A stretch of 64,000 nucleotides of DNA from an uncultured delta proteobacterium (GCA_963699755.1 CAVOVB010000001.1:512001-576000), one strand, 5' to 3'. Numbered from the stretch's first letter, positions 8,860 through 18,939 are shown. Numbers and translations are program-made. The notes: a model not told the origin generated them from the sequence alone.

Positions 8860-10658
8860 CGCAAGTAGCACCTTTCGAAAGCGCGCCGCAGCGCATGTTC
8901 TGGATCACTCGGCTGCGTCGGTTCACGCCAGGCCACGTGTCCATCGGGTCGAATCAGCAGCGCCCCATCATGCCCGATTCCACAAAGCTCTTCGAGCGCG
9001 CGCTGAGCCTCGCTTGTATCGCAAAGCGAAACTAGGTCCCGCACCTGAAGCTTTGACCGCAGCGAACCCAGCACCAGGTTCGCTGCGTCGCGCCATGCGT
9101 CACCCCCGTCTCCCAACAAGAGCGTAAAGCGGACGGGGTCCAAAAGGTCGTGGGTCGACCGGCTATTCTCGGGCGGATTCAGCCAGAGATGGGGAAACCT
9201 TGCCCCGGGCCTCGTCGATGGTCGGTACTCCCTAACCAGGTCGGCTGCCTGCTCTGGCTCGGAGCGGTCGGGCACGGTTGCGCCCTCCTCGTAGACGTAG
9301 CCAAGATCGAGTCCGATGCGGTCGAAGTGCGGCGTTTGGTCCGCGATGCTGTCGAGGACCCGTCGTTTCACCGTCGGTTCCTGGTCGAAGCGCGCAAAGG
9401 CGTGAAAGGCGCGCCGGTTGAGGAGCCCGATGATGGTGTCGCGCCAGCGTGCAGGCAGCCACTTGAAAGGAACACTGTTCCTTACGCGGGCCAGCATCTC
9501 CATCCCGTTGCGAGGAAGCCCAAGCGCTTCGACTACTTCGAAAATCTTGTCGAAGTTGGCCTTGCTCTCCGCGCAGTTACGAATGGCGACAGGACGTCGC
9601 TCGGTTTGGTACGTGTGGAGCAACGCTTCCTGTGCCTCTCCTTTGAGAACCGCGGCAAGCTTCCAGCAGAGGTTGTGCGCATCTGCGATTCCCGTGTTCA
9701 TTCCGAGGCCGCCTGTCGGCGGAAACCTGTGCGCCGCATCTCCGACCAAGAAAACTCTGCCACGGCGGAATGCCTGGGCCACCTGAGCCGTCATGCGCCA
9801 GAAGCTGATCGATTCGATCTGAATCGACTCGCCCGAGATTCCCACAGCTCTCGCGATGCGGGCTCGAAAGACTTCTGGGGTGTAGTCTTCGGCGCGTTCG
9901 TACGGTGCGTAGATCGGTACGTGATACACCCAGCGCCTCTCGATGTGGTGCGCGATCAGGGTGCCAACCGTCTCGGGGTGCAGGATCCAGTAGAGCTTTG
10001 CAGGCGTCGTCACGTGCTCCCGGAGATTGAGCTCGAAGTAGGCATTGACGAAGTCCTGGAGCTTCTCCGGGCCGTCCATCTCGATTCCAAGGGCGCGCCG
10101 CGCTCGGCTCGAAGCGCCGTCGGCGGCGATGACGTACCTGCTGTAAATTCGAAGCGTCGAGCCGTCCGAGCCTCGATGAATGATGCTGGTTACGCCACCG
10201 CCGTCTTCTTCGAAGGCTTCCCATTGATGGTCAAACAGCAGCCGGACCTCCGGCCTCTGCTCGACGTGTGAGAGCATCCTCTTCTCGAGCTCGGTCTGGG
10301 AGAGGTTCAGGTAGGGCTGCTTGGAGCGAAGGTGCCGCCGGTATTTCTCCGCATTCTCGGGCTGCTCGAGCAGATCGATCCGCCCGAGCTCCTCGTTGAT
10401 CGTCTTGCAGAACACGATTCGCGCTGCATCGGCAGGCGGCGATGCCTCGGCTTTCAGCTCCTCCTCCGTGAACCCGAGTCCATTTAGGATCTCAATCGAT
10501 CGGCCGTTGACCTCATGGGCCTTCGGGTGCTTCGAGAGACCCGGCGCGCGTTCCACTACGATGGTCCGAATCCCCGCCTGCGCCAGACAAAGGGCGCTGA
10601 CCATCCCTGAAGGGCCCGCGCCGATGATCAGGACGTCGGTTTCGAGGTCGAGGGTCAC
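8856..10658 (-). CDS. FAD-dependent monooxygenase (PheA/TfdB aromatic hydroxylase type)
   Basis: GAGPSG, ADGASS, GDAAHRFPPTGGLGMNTG, C-terminal LIRPDGHVAWR. Confidence 0.9.
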   Translation of the reverse strand: MTLDLETDVLIIGAGPSGMVSALCLAQAGIRTIVVERAPGLSKHPKAHEVNGRSIEILNGLGFTEEELKAEASPPADAARIVFCKTINEELGRIDLLEQPENAEKYRRHLRSKQPYLNLSQTELEKRMLSHVEQRPEVRLLFDHQWEAFEEDGGGVTSIIHRGSDGSTLRIYSRYVIAADGASSRARRALGIEMDGPEKLQDFVNAYFELNLREHVTTPAKLYWILHPETVGTLIAHHIERRWVYHVPIYAPYERAEDYTPEVFRARIARAVGISGESIQIESISFWRMTAQVAQAFRRGRVFLVGDAAHRFPPTGGLGMNTGIADAHNLCWKLAAVLKGEAQEALLHTYQTERRPVAIRNCAESKANFDKIFEVVEALGLPRNGMEMLARVRNSVPFKWLPARWRDTIIGLLNRRAFHAFARFDQEPTVKRRVLDSIADQTPHFDRIGLDLGYVYEEGATVPDRSEPEQAADLVREYRPSTRPGARFPHLWLNPPENSRSTHDLLDPVRFTLLLGDGGDAWRDAANLVLGSLRSKLQVRDLVSLCDTSEAQRALEELCGIGHDGALLIRPDGHVAWREPTQPSDPEHALRRAFERCYLR

Positions 10659-11119
10659 GATGGCGTCGAGCTCTGCACGGCTAGGGACGGCTCGAGGAAC
10701 TTCTTGAGGTAGACGAGACTGACGAGCAAAATCGTCGTGATACTCGCGAACGCGAAGACGTTTTCGTTCAAGCCGAGGATGGTGAGGTGGAACTCGGGGT
10801 CGACGATCGAGCCGCCGTACGCGCTCTCGAGCACAGCAGCTCCCCAGAAGCCGAAAATGTTACAGGCCTGCCAAGCCCAGGAGATGTACAGGCTCGAGAT
10901 CTGATGAGGACGTCTGAACCAAATCAAGTAGAGGTTACAGATGCCCGAGAGCCCCATGAACACCAGTGTCCAGGCCAAGTGGAAGCGCGCATGCCCGACC
11001 CAGCTCGGGTTCAGGAGGTGTGTCACGCTTAAGTCTCGCACGATGGGGCCGAAGAACTCGAGCACGCCGATCGTGAGCAACACCTGGGCGACTCGATAAC
11101 GTCTGCTGATAGTGGCCAT
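10655..11119 (-). CDS. Small membrane protein (DUF6640-like)
   Basis: THLLNPSWVGHARFH motif and four hydrophobic segments; stop overlaps the next start. Confidence 0.6.
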   Translation of the reverse strand: MATISRRYRVAQVLLTIGVLEFFGPIVRDLSVTHLLNPSWVGHARFHLAWTLVFMGLSGICNLYLIWFRRPHQISSLYISWAWQACNIFGFWGAAVLESAYGGSIVDPEFHLTILGLNENVFAFASITTILLVSLVYLKKFLEPSLAVQSSTPS

Positions 11120-11271
11120 GGGTTCTCCTCGAGGTCATCGCATGCATACCTTAAACGAGAGTGAGCGTGATAGCGGATGCGTTCATCGGCGTCTTCCTCG
11201 ACAAACTCCGCGCACCCCCAGATTGAGGGCCGGGGCTTGTCGCACCCCCAGGCCCGGACTAGGGTCGCCCG

Positions 11272-12288
11272 GTGCGTTTCGATCAGGTCTCCATTTGCAG
11301 CGTCGCCCATGTCGATGGTGCCGACCGCGTCACGTCCGAGGAGCTCGAAACGAAGCTTGCGGAGCCCATGCGGCGCCTCGGCCTCCAGCCCGGGTTTCTC
11401 GAGGGGGTCACCGGAATCCGAGCCCGCCGCATGTGGGGCGTCGAGTTCCAGCCCTCGCAGGCGGCGACGGCGGCAGCAGAGCTCGCGATCGAGCAAGCCG
11501 GTATCGACCGCGGTCGTTTGGGGATCGTCATCAACACCTCGGTGTGCCGTGACTACATCGAGCCGTCGACGTCCTGCATCGTCCACAGCAACCTCGGGCT
11601 CGGTCCAGACTGCATGAACTTCGACCTCGGCAACGCATGCCTCGGCTTTCTCAATGCGATGGACATCGTCGGGAACATGATCGAGCGCGGCCAAATCGAG
11701 TACGGGCTGGTGGTCGACGGCGAAAACAGCCGCTTCGTGGTGGAGAGCACCCTCGCCCGACTCAATGAGCCGGATCTCGATGAAGCGACCTTTCGCGACA
11801 ACTTTGCCACGCTCACCCTCGGGTCGGGTGGCGCAGCGATGGTGCTCGGCCGGAGGGATCAGGTAGCCAACGGTCACCGCTACGTCGGTGGCGTGACGTC
11901 GGCGGCAACCGAGCACCATCAGCTCTGCCGCGGGCAGGTCGACCAGATGCAGACCAAGAGCAAAGAGCTGCTCGTTGCGGGAGTCACACTCGCCAAGAAG
12001 ACTCATGAAATGGCAAAGCGCGAGCTCGGTTGGAACCCTGACGTGGTGGCCGAGTACATCCTGCATCAGGTGAGTCGGGCGAACACCGAGAAGCTCGCCG
12101 AGGCGCTCGAGCTTCCGACCGACAAGTTCATGCATGCCTATGTCGAGCTTGGCAATGTTGGACCTGCGGCCGTTCCGATGGTGCTTTCTAAGGCGGCGGA
12201 GGCAGGGCGCATTCAGCAGGGCGACCGTGTGGCGCTGATGGGCATCGGCTCCGGGCTCAACTGCAGCATGTCGGAAATCATCTGGTAA
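11272..12288 (+). CDS. oleA: OleA thiolase-fold acyl condensing enzyme
   Basis: RDYIEPST (Glu), NACLG (Cys), HQVS (His), GIGSGLN; first of four ole genes. Confidence 0.9.
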   Translation: MRFDQVSICSVAHVDGADRVTSEELETKLAEPMRRLGLQPGFLEGVTGIRARRMWGVEFQPSQAATAAAELAIEQAGIDRGRLGIVINTSVCRDYIEPSTSCIVHSNLGLGPDCMNFDLGNACLGFLNAMDIVGNMIERGQIEYGLVVDGENSRFVVESTLARLNEPDLDEATFRDNFATLTLGSGGAAMVLGRRDQVANGHRYVGGVTSAATEHHQLCRGQVDQMQTKSKELLVAGVTLAKKTHEMAKRELGWNPDVVAEYILHQVSRANTEKLAEALELPTDKFMHAYVELGNVGPAAVPMVLSKAAEAGRIQQGDRVALMGIGSGLNCSMSEIIW

Positions 12289-12295
12289 GCCGCCC

Positions 12296-13186
12296 GTGAA
12301 GGTCTCCGACGAGCTCTATCCCTTTGAGCCTCACTGGCTCGCTCTCCCATCAGGGCATCGGATGCACTACGTCGACGAGGGCCCTCGCGGCGCGCCGGCG
12401 GTCCTGATGCTGCACGGAAACCCGACCTGGTCGTTCTACTGGCGACGATTGATCTCGGCGCTGCGCCCCGGCCATCGCGTCATCGCGCCCGATCACATCG
12501 GCTGCGGGAAGTCCGACAAGCCAGGCGACGACAGATACTCTTACCGGCTCGTGCAGCGGGTCGATGACATCGAAGCTTTAGTCGAGAAGCTGGGCCTCCA
12601 AGACATCACGCTCGCCGTTCATGACTGGGGCGGTATGATCGGCATGGGCTGGGCGCATCGGCACCCCGACTTGGTCGCCCGCCTCGTCGTCTTGAACACG
12701 GCGGCGTTTCCGATGCCATCGACCAAGCGCCTGCCCGCTTCGCTCTGGTTGGCGCGTGACACCAAGGCGGGAGCTCTTCTGGTGCGCGGTTTCAATGCGT
12801 TTGCCAGGGGTGCGACGCGGTTTGCCGTCACCCGTGCCAAGCTTCCCAAAGAGGTGCGTGACGGCCTCTGTGCGCCCTACGACAGCTGGAATCACCGCCG
12901 CGCCGTGCTCCGCTTCGTGCAGGACATCCCTCTACGAGAGAGCGACCCGAGCTTTTCCTTGGTTCGCGAGGTGGGCGAGCAGCTCCATCAGTTCAACGAC
13001 CGGCCAGTGCTGATCTGCTGGGGCGACCGTGACTTCGTCTTTGATGACCATTTCCTGAGGGTGTGGAAGAGCGCGCTTCCCGATGCAGAGGTCCACCAGT
13101 TCCCCGACTGCGGTCACTATGTCCTCGAAGACGCGCCCGAGGAGATCGAGCAGCTCGTGCGCAGGTTCTTGGGAGTCGCGGTATGA
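12296..13186 (+). CDS. oleB: OleB beta-lactone decarboxylase (haloalkane dehalogenase-like)
   Basis: HGNPTW, VHDWGG, DFVFD, GHYVLED; gene context. Confidence 0.88.
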   Translation: MKVSDELYPFEPHWLALPSGHRMHYVDEGPRGAPAVLMLHGNPTWSFYWRRLISALRPGHRVIAPDHIGCGKSDKPGDDRYSYRLVQRVDDIEALVEKLGLQDITLAVHDWGGMIGMGWAHRHPDLVARLVVLNTAAFPMPSTKRLPASLWLARDTKAGALLVRGFNAFARGATRFAVTRAKLPKEVRDGLCAPYDSWNHRRAVLRFVQDIPLRESDPSFSLVREVGEQLHQFNDRPVLICWGDRDFVFDDHFLRVWKSALPDAEVHQFPDCGHYVLEDAPEEIEQLVRRFLGVAV

Positions 13187-14838
13187 CGCCCGAGCTTTCG
13201 ACGGTCGCTGACGTGCTGCCGCAAATGGCCGCGACGCAGCCCAATACGACTGCCATTTGCTTTCCGACCAAGCGACGCGATGCCGCTGGCGACGTCATCT
13301 ACAACAAGGTCTCCTACCGCGAGCTCGACGAGCGCAGCAGCCGAATCGCCACCGGGCTCCATGCCGTTGGAATCGAGCGCGGTCATCGCGCCGCGCTGAT
13401 GGTGCGGCCGAGCCCCGAGCTCTTCGCCCTCACCTTCGGTATGTTCAAGGCGGGCGTGGTTCCGGTGATGATCGACCCGGGTCTGGGCATCAAAGGCCTG
13501 AGCAAGTGCCTGGCGCGCGCGCAGCCCAGTGCGTTCATCGGGATTCCAGTCGCGCACGCGGCGCGCATCGCTCTCGGCTGGGGCCGGGCGACGGTGAAGC
13601 GGACGATCACCGTAGGCGGCTGGGGTCTCGGAAAGCATACGCTCGGGCAGGTCGAAGCGCTCGGCGCAAAACGGCTTGCCGCAGGCGAGAGGCCCGTGCC
13701 CACCGGTGGCGACGAAGTGGCGGCAATACTGTTCACGTCGGGGAGCACCGGACCGCCCAAGGGCGTCGTCTACCGGCATCGCCACTTTCTCGCCCAGGTG
13801 AAAGCGATTCGCGAGATGTTTTCGATCGAGCCGGGTGAGATCGATCTGCCTACGTTTCCGCTCTTCGCGCTCTTCGACCCCGCGCTCGGCATGACGACGG
13901 TCATCCCGGACATGGATCCGAGCCGGCCGGCCAGCGTGGAGCCGCAGAACATCATCGAGCCCATTCAACGTTTCGGGGTGACGACCATGTTCGGCTCACC
14001 CGCGCTTCTCAATACGGTCGGTCGATACGGTGAGCAGCACGGCATCAAGCTGCCGAGCTTGCGCCGTGTGATCGCCGCCGGTGCACCGATGCCCGGGCAA
14101 ACGCTCGCCCGTTGGCATGCGATGTTGCCCGCCGAGGGCGATGTGTTTCCTCCGTACGGCGCGACCGAGTCGCTTCCGGTGGCCTGTCTACCAGGACGCG
14201 AGATCGTCGCGAAGACCTGGGCCGAGACCGAAAAGGGAGCCGGCGTCTGCGTGGGCCTCCCCGTCCCCGACATCGAGGTGAAGGTGATTCGCATCAGCGA
14301 CGACGCCATCGACACCTTTTCAAGCGAGCTCGAGCTCGAAGACGGCGAGATTGGTGAGATTGCGGTCAGGGGCCCGATGGTGACCGAGGCCTACTTCGGA
14401 GACGAACGCAATACGGCCCTCTCCAAGATCAGAGACGGCGATCGCGGCTGGCATCGGATGGGCGACGTCGGTTGGCGCGATCGGGAAGGACGCCTTTGGT
14501 TCTGCGGACGCAAGAGTCATCGCGTCCTCGTCGACGGCGAGACCATGTTCACCGTCCCCTGCGAGAAGATCTTCGATGCACATCCGGCGGTCTACCGCTC
14601 CGCGCTCGTCGCTTGTCGGGGGCAACCGACGCTCTGCGTCGAGCTCGAGCCTGGGCACGACCCCGGCGACTGGCCAGAGGTCGAGCAGCAGCTCCGCCAG
14701 ATCGCGCAGGCTCATCCGCGAGCGAATCGCATATCCCGCTTCGTCCGGCATCCGAGCTTCCCGGTCGACATCCGGCACAACGCAAAAATCGGGAGGGAGA
14801 AGCTCGCAAAGTGGGTCGAGGCCCAAGGTCCATCGTGA
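13183..14838 (+). CDS. oleC: OleC beta-lactone synthetase (AMP-binding)
   Basis: FTSGSTGPPKG, YGATE, HRMGD, FPVDIRHNAKI; ATGA overlap. Confidence 0.9.
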   Translation: MTPELSTVADVLPQMAATQPNTTAICFPTKRRDAAGDVIYNKVSYRELDERSSRIATGLHAVGIERGHRAALMVRPSPELFALTFGMFKAGVVPVMIDPGLGIKGLSKCLARAQPSAFIGIPVAHAARIALGWGRATVKRTITVGGWGLGKHTLGQVEALGAKRLAAGERPVPTGGDEVAAILFTSGSTGPPKGVVYRHRHFLAQVKAIREMFSIEPGEIDLPTFPLFALFDPALGMTTVIPDMDPSRPASVEPQNIIEPIQRFGVTTMFGSPALLNTVGRYGEQHGIKLPSLRRVIAAGAPMPGQTLARWHAMLPAEGDVFPPYGATESLPVACLPGREIVAKTWAETEKGAGVCVGLPVPDIEVKVIRISDDAIDTFSSELELEDGEIGEIAVRGPMVTEAYFGDERNTALSKIRDGDRGWHRMGDVGWRDREGRLWFCGRKSHRVLVDGETMFTVPCEKIFDAHPAVYRSALVACRGQPTLCVELEPGHDPGDWPEVEQQLRQIAQAHPRANRISRFVRHPSFPVDIRHNAKIGREKLAKWVEAQGPS

Positions 14839-15827
14839 CGGTCCTCGTCACCGGTGGCGGAGGCTTCATCGGCCGCTCGATCGTCCGGGCCTTGCTCGAT
14901 CGGGGTGAACGGGTCCGAGTCCTGTGTCGCGGCGACTATCCCTTTCTTCACGACTGGGGCGTGGAGCTTCAACGCGGGGATATTCGCGACCTCGATGTCG
15001 TGGACGGGGCCGTCGACGGCTGCGACGCCGTCTTTCATACAGCGGCGCACATCGACCTCTGGGGTCCCTACGAAACCTTCTTCGGAGTGAACACGCTCGG
15101 CACTCGCCACGTGATCGAGGCGTGCAAGAAGCATTGCGTGAAAAAGCTCGTCTATACGAGCACGCCAAGCGTCGTGCACTCAGGAGACGCCGTGTCAGGT
15201 GTCGATGAATCCGCGCCCTATCCCTCCCACTTCCAGGCGCACTACCCGGCCACCAAGGCGCTTGCCGAGCAAGAGGTCTTGGCCGCCAACACCGATACGC
15301 TGCACACCGTGGCGATTCGACCCCATCTGGTTTGGGGTCCAGGGGACAGCTCAGCGCTTCCACGGCTGGTCGCTCGCGCCAAAGCCGGACGCCTAACGAT
15401 GGTCGGGCGGCCGCAGCTGATCGACACGACCTACATCGACAACGCGGTCGCTGCCCATCTCTTGGCGCACGATCGACTCGCACCGGGTTCTCGGGTAGCG
15501 GGCAGGGCCTACTTCATCACGCAAGGCGAGCCGCTCGAAGGCCCGACGTTCATCAACGACATGCTTGACGCGGCTGGCTTGCCGCCCGTCACGCGAACCA
15601 TTCCAGCCCCGTTCGCCCGCTCGGCTGCCGCGCTGGCCGAGGCTGTGTGGAGCGCCTTGAAATTGCAGTCCGAGCCTCCGGTGACCCGTTTTCTGGTGAG
15701 CCAACTCTCGACCGCGCACTGGTACGATATCTCCGCGGCCCGCCGAGACCTCGGTTACGAACCGGCGGTCAGCTACCGAGAGGGAATGGTACGGCTCGCG
15801 GCATGGGCCGGGAGCCAGACCTGGTAG
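14835..15827 (+). CDS. oleD: OleD 2-alkyl-3-oxoalkanoate reductase (extended SDR)
   Basis: TGGGGFIG, YTSTPSVV, YPATK, RPHLVWGPGD; GTGA overlap. Confidence 0.88.
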   Translation: MTVLVTGGGGFIGRSIVRALLDRGERVRVLCRGDYPFLHDWGVELQRGDIRDLDVVDGAVDGCDAVFHTAAHIDLWGPYETFFGVNTLGTRHVIEACKKHCVKKLVYTSTPSVVHSGDAVSGVDESAPYPSHFQAHYPATKALAEQEVLAANTDTLHTVAIRPHLVWGPGDSSALPRLVARAKAGRLTMVGRPQLIDTTYIDNAVAAHLLAHDRLAPGSRVAGRAYFITQGEPLEGPTFINDMLDAAGLPPVTRTIPAPFARSAAALAEAVWSALKLQSEPPVTRFLVSQLSTAHWYDISAARRDLGYEPAVSYREGMVRLAAWAGSQTW

Positions 15828-15839
15828 CGGGTCTCCGAG

Positions 15840-16907
15840 CTAGCGCCCGAGCAGCTCCGCAATGTCGAAGCTCTGCGAGAGCGTGTGAACGATGCTCCGA
15901 GGTTCGACAGACTCGATGAAGGGCAACTGAAGCTGGGGCAGGCCAGGGTATCGTCTGGAGAAGGCCTCCGTGGTGCGGGAAGCAGCATGGTTGCGTGTTG
16001 CCCGTTCATCGTTGAGCGCGATGAGAACATCATCGATGGCCGGGGTCGTCTCGTCCGAAGCCTCGAGCACCTGAACCCAGTCGTGCTCTGGCACGTAGGC
16101 GGAATTAAGGATCAATGCCCGCGGAGTGATTTCGAGCTTTCCAAGCTTCTTGATCAGATAGTCGACATCGTCTCTTGCAGCAGCCGTCGGAGAAGCGACC
16201 GGGTAGTAGCGTGTCTCGGGTCGAAGCAGTAGATTACTCGTATGCTCGTTGAGGAGGATGAAGCGCTCGCGAACGCGCGCCATCTCGGAAAACAATCCTG
16301 CGACGTCCCGTGCCACGGGACCCAGGGCGCGCACGAGTAGTTGTTCGACCCGACCCATCTTGTCGTCTTGCGGCGCAACGCTCGTTCGCTTGCCGATGGC
16401 AGCCATCCAACCGACCGCGCGGCCGCCGAGAAGCTTTGCCAAGCGCTTCGGGTAGGTGATGAAGTCGATGGCGTTGCGAGACGGCGCGGTGTCGATCACC
16501 ACCGCATCTACCTCATGCTCGATGATGGCTCGCCAGGTCAGGCTGATCGCTGCGACCTCGTGGATCCCGGGGACCGCGGCCTCGAGGACACGGTAGAGGC
16601 GGTTCTCGAGCAGCCGCGCGAGCGCCTCGGGCTCCTCCTCGAACAAGAACTCGACGAAGGTGCGCATGGCATCCTCCGGGTCGGGCATGAGCCCAAAGAG
16701 CTGGCTGCTCCCGGAATCGAGCGAAAGCTCACGCGCCTGCGTTCCGAGCTCGACACCCATTGCATCGGCAAGCCGGCGCGCCGGGTCGATGCTGACGATC
16801 AAGGCCCGGTATCCGCTCTTGGCGAGGGCCAGCGCAAATGCCGCCGACACGGTCGTCTTGCCGACGCCTCCACCTCCGGCGCAGACGATGACCACCGGTT
16901 GCTTCAT
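15840..16907 (-). CDS. ArsA/Get3-related P-loop ATPase, subunit lacking the signature Lys
   Basis: GGGGVGKTT, SIDPARRLADAMG, DTAPSRNAIDF. Confidence 0.85.
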   Translation of the reverse strand: MKQPVVIVCAGGGGVGKTTVSAAFALALAKSGYRALIVSIDPARRLADAMGVELGTQARELSLDSGSSQLFGLMPDPEDAMRTFVEFLFEEEPEALARLLENRLYRVLEAAVPGIHEVAAISLTWRAIIEHEVDAVVIDTAPSRNAIDFITYPKRLAKLLGGRAVGWMAAIGKRTSVAPQDDKMGRVEQLLVRALGPVARDVAGLFSEMARVRERFILLNEHTSNLLLRPETRYYPVASPTAAARDDVDYLIKKLGKLEITPRALILNSAYVPEHDWVQVLEASDETTPAIDDVLIALNDERATRNHAASRTTEAFSRRYPGLPQLQLPFIESVEPRSIVHTLSQSFDIAELLGR

Positions 16908-17827
16908 GCAGCACCTGCGCTCCGCAACCACTCGGCCACGGTTCCCGCGGTCGGATCGGTGGGTGCAAACGGAAGCAAGGTCAGCCCGCTGTCACCGCCC
17001 TTCTCTTCGCCATAGCGGTGCACCGTTTCGTCCAAGGCTTGCATGACTTGCTTTCGCACCACGTCGCGGATCGAGAGAAACGCTGCAAGCTTCTTCGCTG
17101 CCTCGCCAAGCGCGCCTTCAGCTTTCGACATAGCTAGCGCATCGGCGAGCGCGTTCTCGGGAGGCGCGTCCGGCACGCGATTGACGACGAGCCGATCGAC
17201 GGAAAGCCCGACCTCTCTTTCGACCGTCTCGCAGAGCGTCAAGGTTTCCCAGAGCACGAGGCGCTCGGGGAGCGTCACGACGACGATGGAAGCGCGCCCT
17301 GGTGAAATCAGCTCGGCCTCGAGCTTCGCGCAGAGGTCATGAACGGGCCCACGGCCGGTGAGCTCTCGACCTTGCCGGGCGACTTTGAGCCACGCCACGC
17401 TGTGCCCAGTCGCGGGCATGTCGAAGACGACGCGCTTGCCCGGATGCTCTGCGACGACCTGGCGCGCGAGCTCCAAAACGCCGAGCTCGCGAACCGCGGG
17501 GGCGGCGCCGATCAAGGGGCGCATCGCGAAGTTGTCGAGCGCAAGCTTCGCGAGCGTGGCCGACCCGAACACCGGAGCGGCGGCTTTGGCCACGGCCCGG
17601 CTCGGGTCGAGAACGACGTGCTCTAGGCCCCTTGGCCGATCGCGGAGCACCCGCCTTGCTCCGGCACCGTCCCCGAACTCCACGTAAACCGCTTCGCCTT
17701 CCGCTTCCGCGGCCGCGAGCGCAAGCCCGGCTGCCACAGTGGTCTTGCCTACGCCCCCCTTTCCAGTGACGAACACTGCGGGAGCGAGCGGAACGTGTGT
17801 CCCGGTTGTTGCAACGCTAGTCGGCAA
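16904..17827 (-). CDS. ArsA/Get3-related P-loop ATPase
   Basis: TGKGGVGKTT, DMPATGH, VTLPE, VVNR; start codon uncertain. Confidence 0.85.
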   Translation of the reverse strand: MPTSVATTGTHVPLAPAVFVTGKGGVGKTTVAAGLALAAAEAEGEAVYVEFGDGAGARRVLRDRPRGLEHVVLDPSRAVAKAAAPVFGSATLAKLALDNFAMRPLIGAAPAVRELGVLELARQVVAEHPGKRVVFDMPATGHSVAWLKVARQGRELTGRGPVHDLCAKLEAELISPGRASIVVVTLPERLVLWETLTLCETVEREVGLSVDRLVVNRVPDAPPENALADALAMSKAEGALGEAAKKLAAFLSIRDVVRKQVMQALDETVHRYGEEKGGDSGLTLLPFAPTDPTAGTVAEWLRSAGAA

Positions 17828-18881
17828 GGCCGGACGCCATCCCTTCGAGAACCTCAGCGAGCATCAGAACATACGCTTCGCGGATGAACCCAACGTAGTG
17901 CGGTGCAGTATGCCCACCGGCGCGGGTGAGCGCCTCGATGCCGCGCACGGTTTCGTGCCAAGTCCGGCAGATGTCTTCGTACCTCCATTGGCCGGAGATG
18001 ACGGGAGTCAATCGCCCGTCTTCGACGTCGGTCTCGATGTCGAGATAGTCGTCCATCATCTGCACGAAGAGCGAGACCTCATACATCCAGGGCCGGGCCC
18101 CCTCGCCCGCGTATTGGTGCACCGGAAACAGCAGGCCGTCGATCGTTCCTTGAATGCCCGCCAATCGATGGCCGAGCCCGGTCGCGTCGCTGACGCCAGT
18201 CATCCCGGCCACTTCGGAATCGACCCAGTCCTTGAGTCGTCCGACCGCATGCTCAAACGGCACTCGCTCAGTAGGGGTCAAACCTCGTTCCATCTCCACC
18301 TGTAGGGCGCGCGTCAGTCGGAGCTCGGGGGTGTCCGGTTCCCAATCGCCATCGAGGAGTGCGTGGAGCTTGCGGCCTCGTTCCTCGGGCCGGTCCTCCA
18401 TGCAGTGGTCGAAGGCATGATCGATCATCGCGATGAACGCCGCGATGAGAATGATGCGACGGTGCTGGTCGGCCAGCGCCACGCGGCCGAGCACGTTGAG
18501 CGCCGCACGCGCCGCAAGACCGAGCACTTGGTTCGGCAAGGCCAGTCGATTCCCAATCTCGGTGATGAGAGCCACCGAAGCTGGCCTCTTCGGCGCACAG
18601 AAGAGCACCGTGTACGGTGCCGACGCGTACAGATCGCAAGCAGCCAGGCGCATTTTGACGGCAAACGGATCTCGGAGCATCGCCGGCCAGTGCTGGCGAA
18701 TCAGCGGCATGACGAACTGATCGTAGTGGCGGGAAGTGACCTCTCGGATCCCGACGGTGAGCTGTGCGACCGAGGGATCGGCTTTTCCGATGAGGGCGCG
18801 GAGCTGCTCGATGCGCTCGTCGCGCGAAAGCTCAGATGCTGGGATCACGGTTTGCGAAGTCTGGGAACTGGGGTTGAACAT
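17817..18881 (-). CDS. Hypothetical protein with class I isoprenoid synthase-like Asp-rich motifs
   Basis: QMMDDYLDIETDVEDGRLTP resembles the second Asp-rich motif; IDHAFD is a degenerate first motif; helical composition. Confidence 0.55.
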   Translation of the reverse strand: MFNPSSQTSQTVIPASELSRDERIEQLRALIGKADPSVAQLTVGIREVTSRHYDQFVMPLIRQHWPAMLRDPFAVKMRLAACDLYASAPYTVLFCAPKRPASVALITEIGNRLALPNQVLGLAARAALNVLGRVALADQHRRIILIAAFIAMIDHAFDHCMEDRPEERGRKLHALLDGDWEPDTPELRLTRALQVEMERGLTPTERVPFEHAVGRLKDWVDSEVAGMTGVSDATGLGHRLAGIQGTIDGLLFPVHQYAGEGARPWMYEVSLFVQMMDDYLDIETDVEDGRLTPVISGQWRYEDICRTWHETVRGIEALTRAGGHTAPHYVGFIREAYVLMLAEVLEGMASGLAD

Positions 18882-18939
18882 GAGTCGATGCGAGCGTAGC
18901 AGCAGAATTTTCCGAGGGCTGCCCTCGGTGGCGATTGGG

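Noticed and set aside
12296..13186. Haloalkane dehalogenase
   Set aside because: Position between oleA and oleC points to OleB.
15840..17827. Arsenic resistance operon
   Set aside because: No arsB/acr3, arsC, arsD or arsR present.
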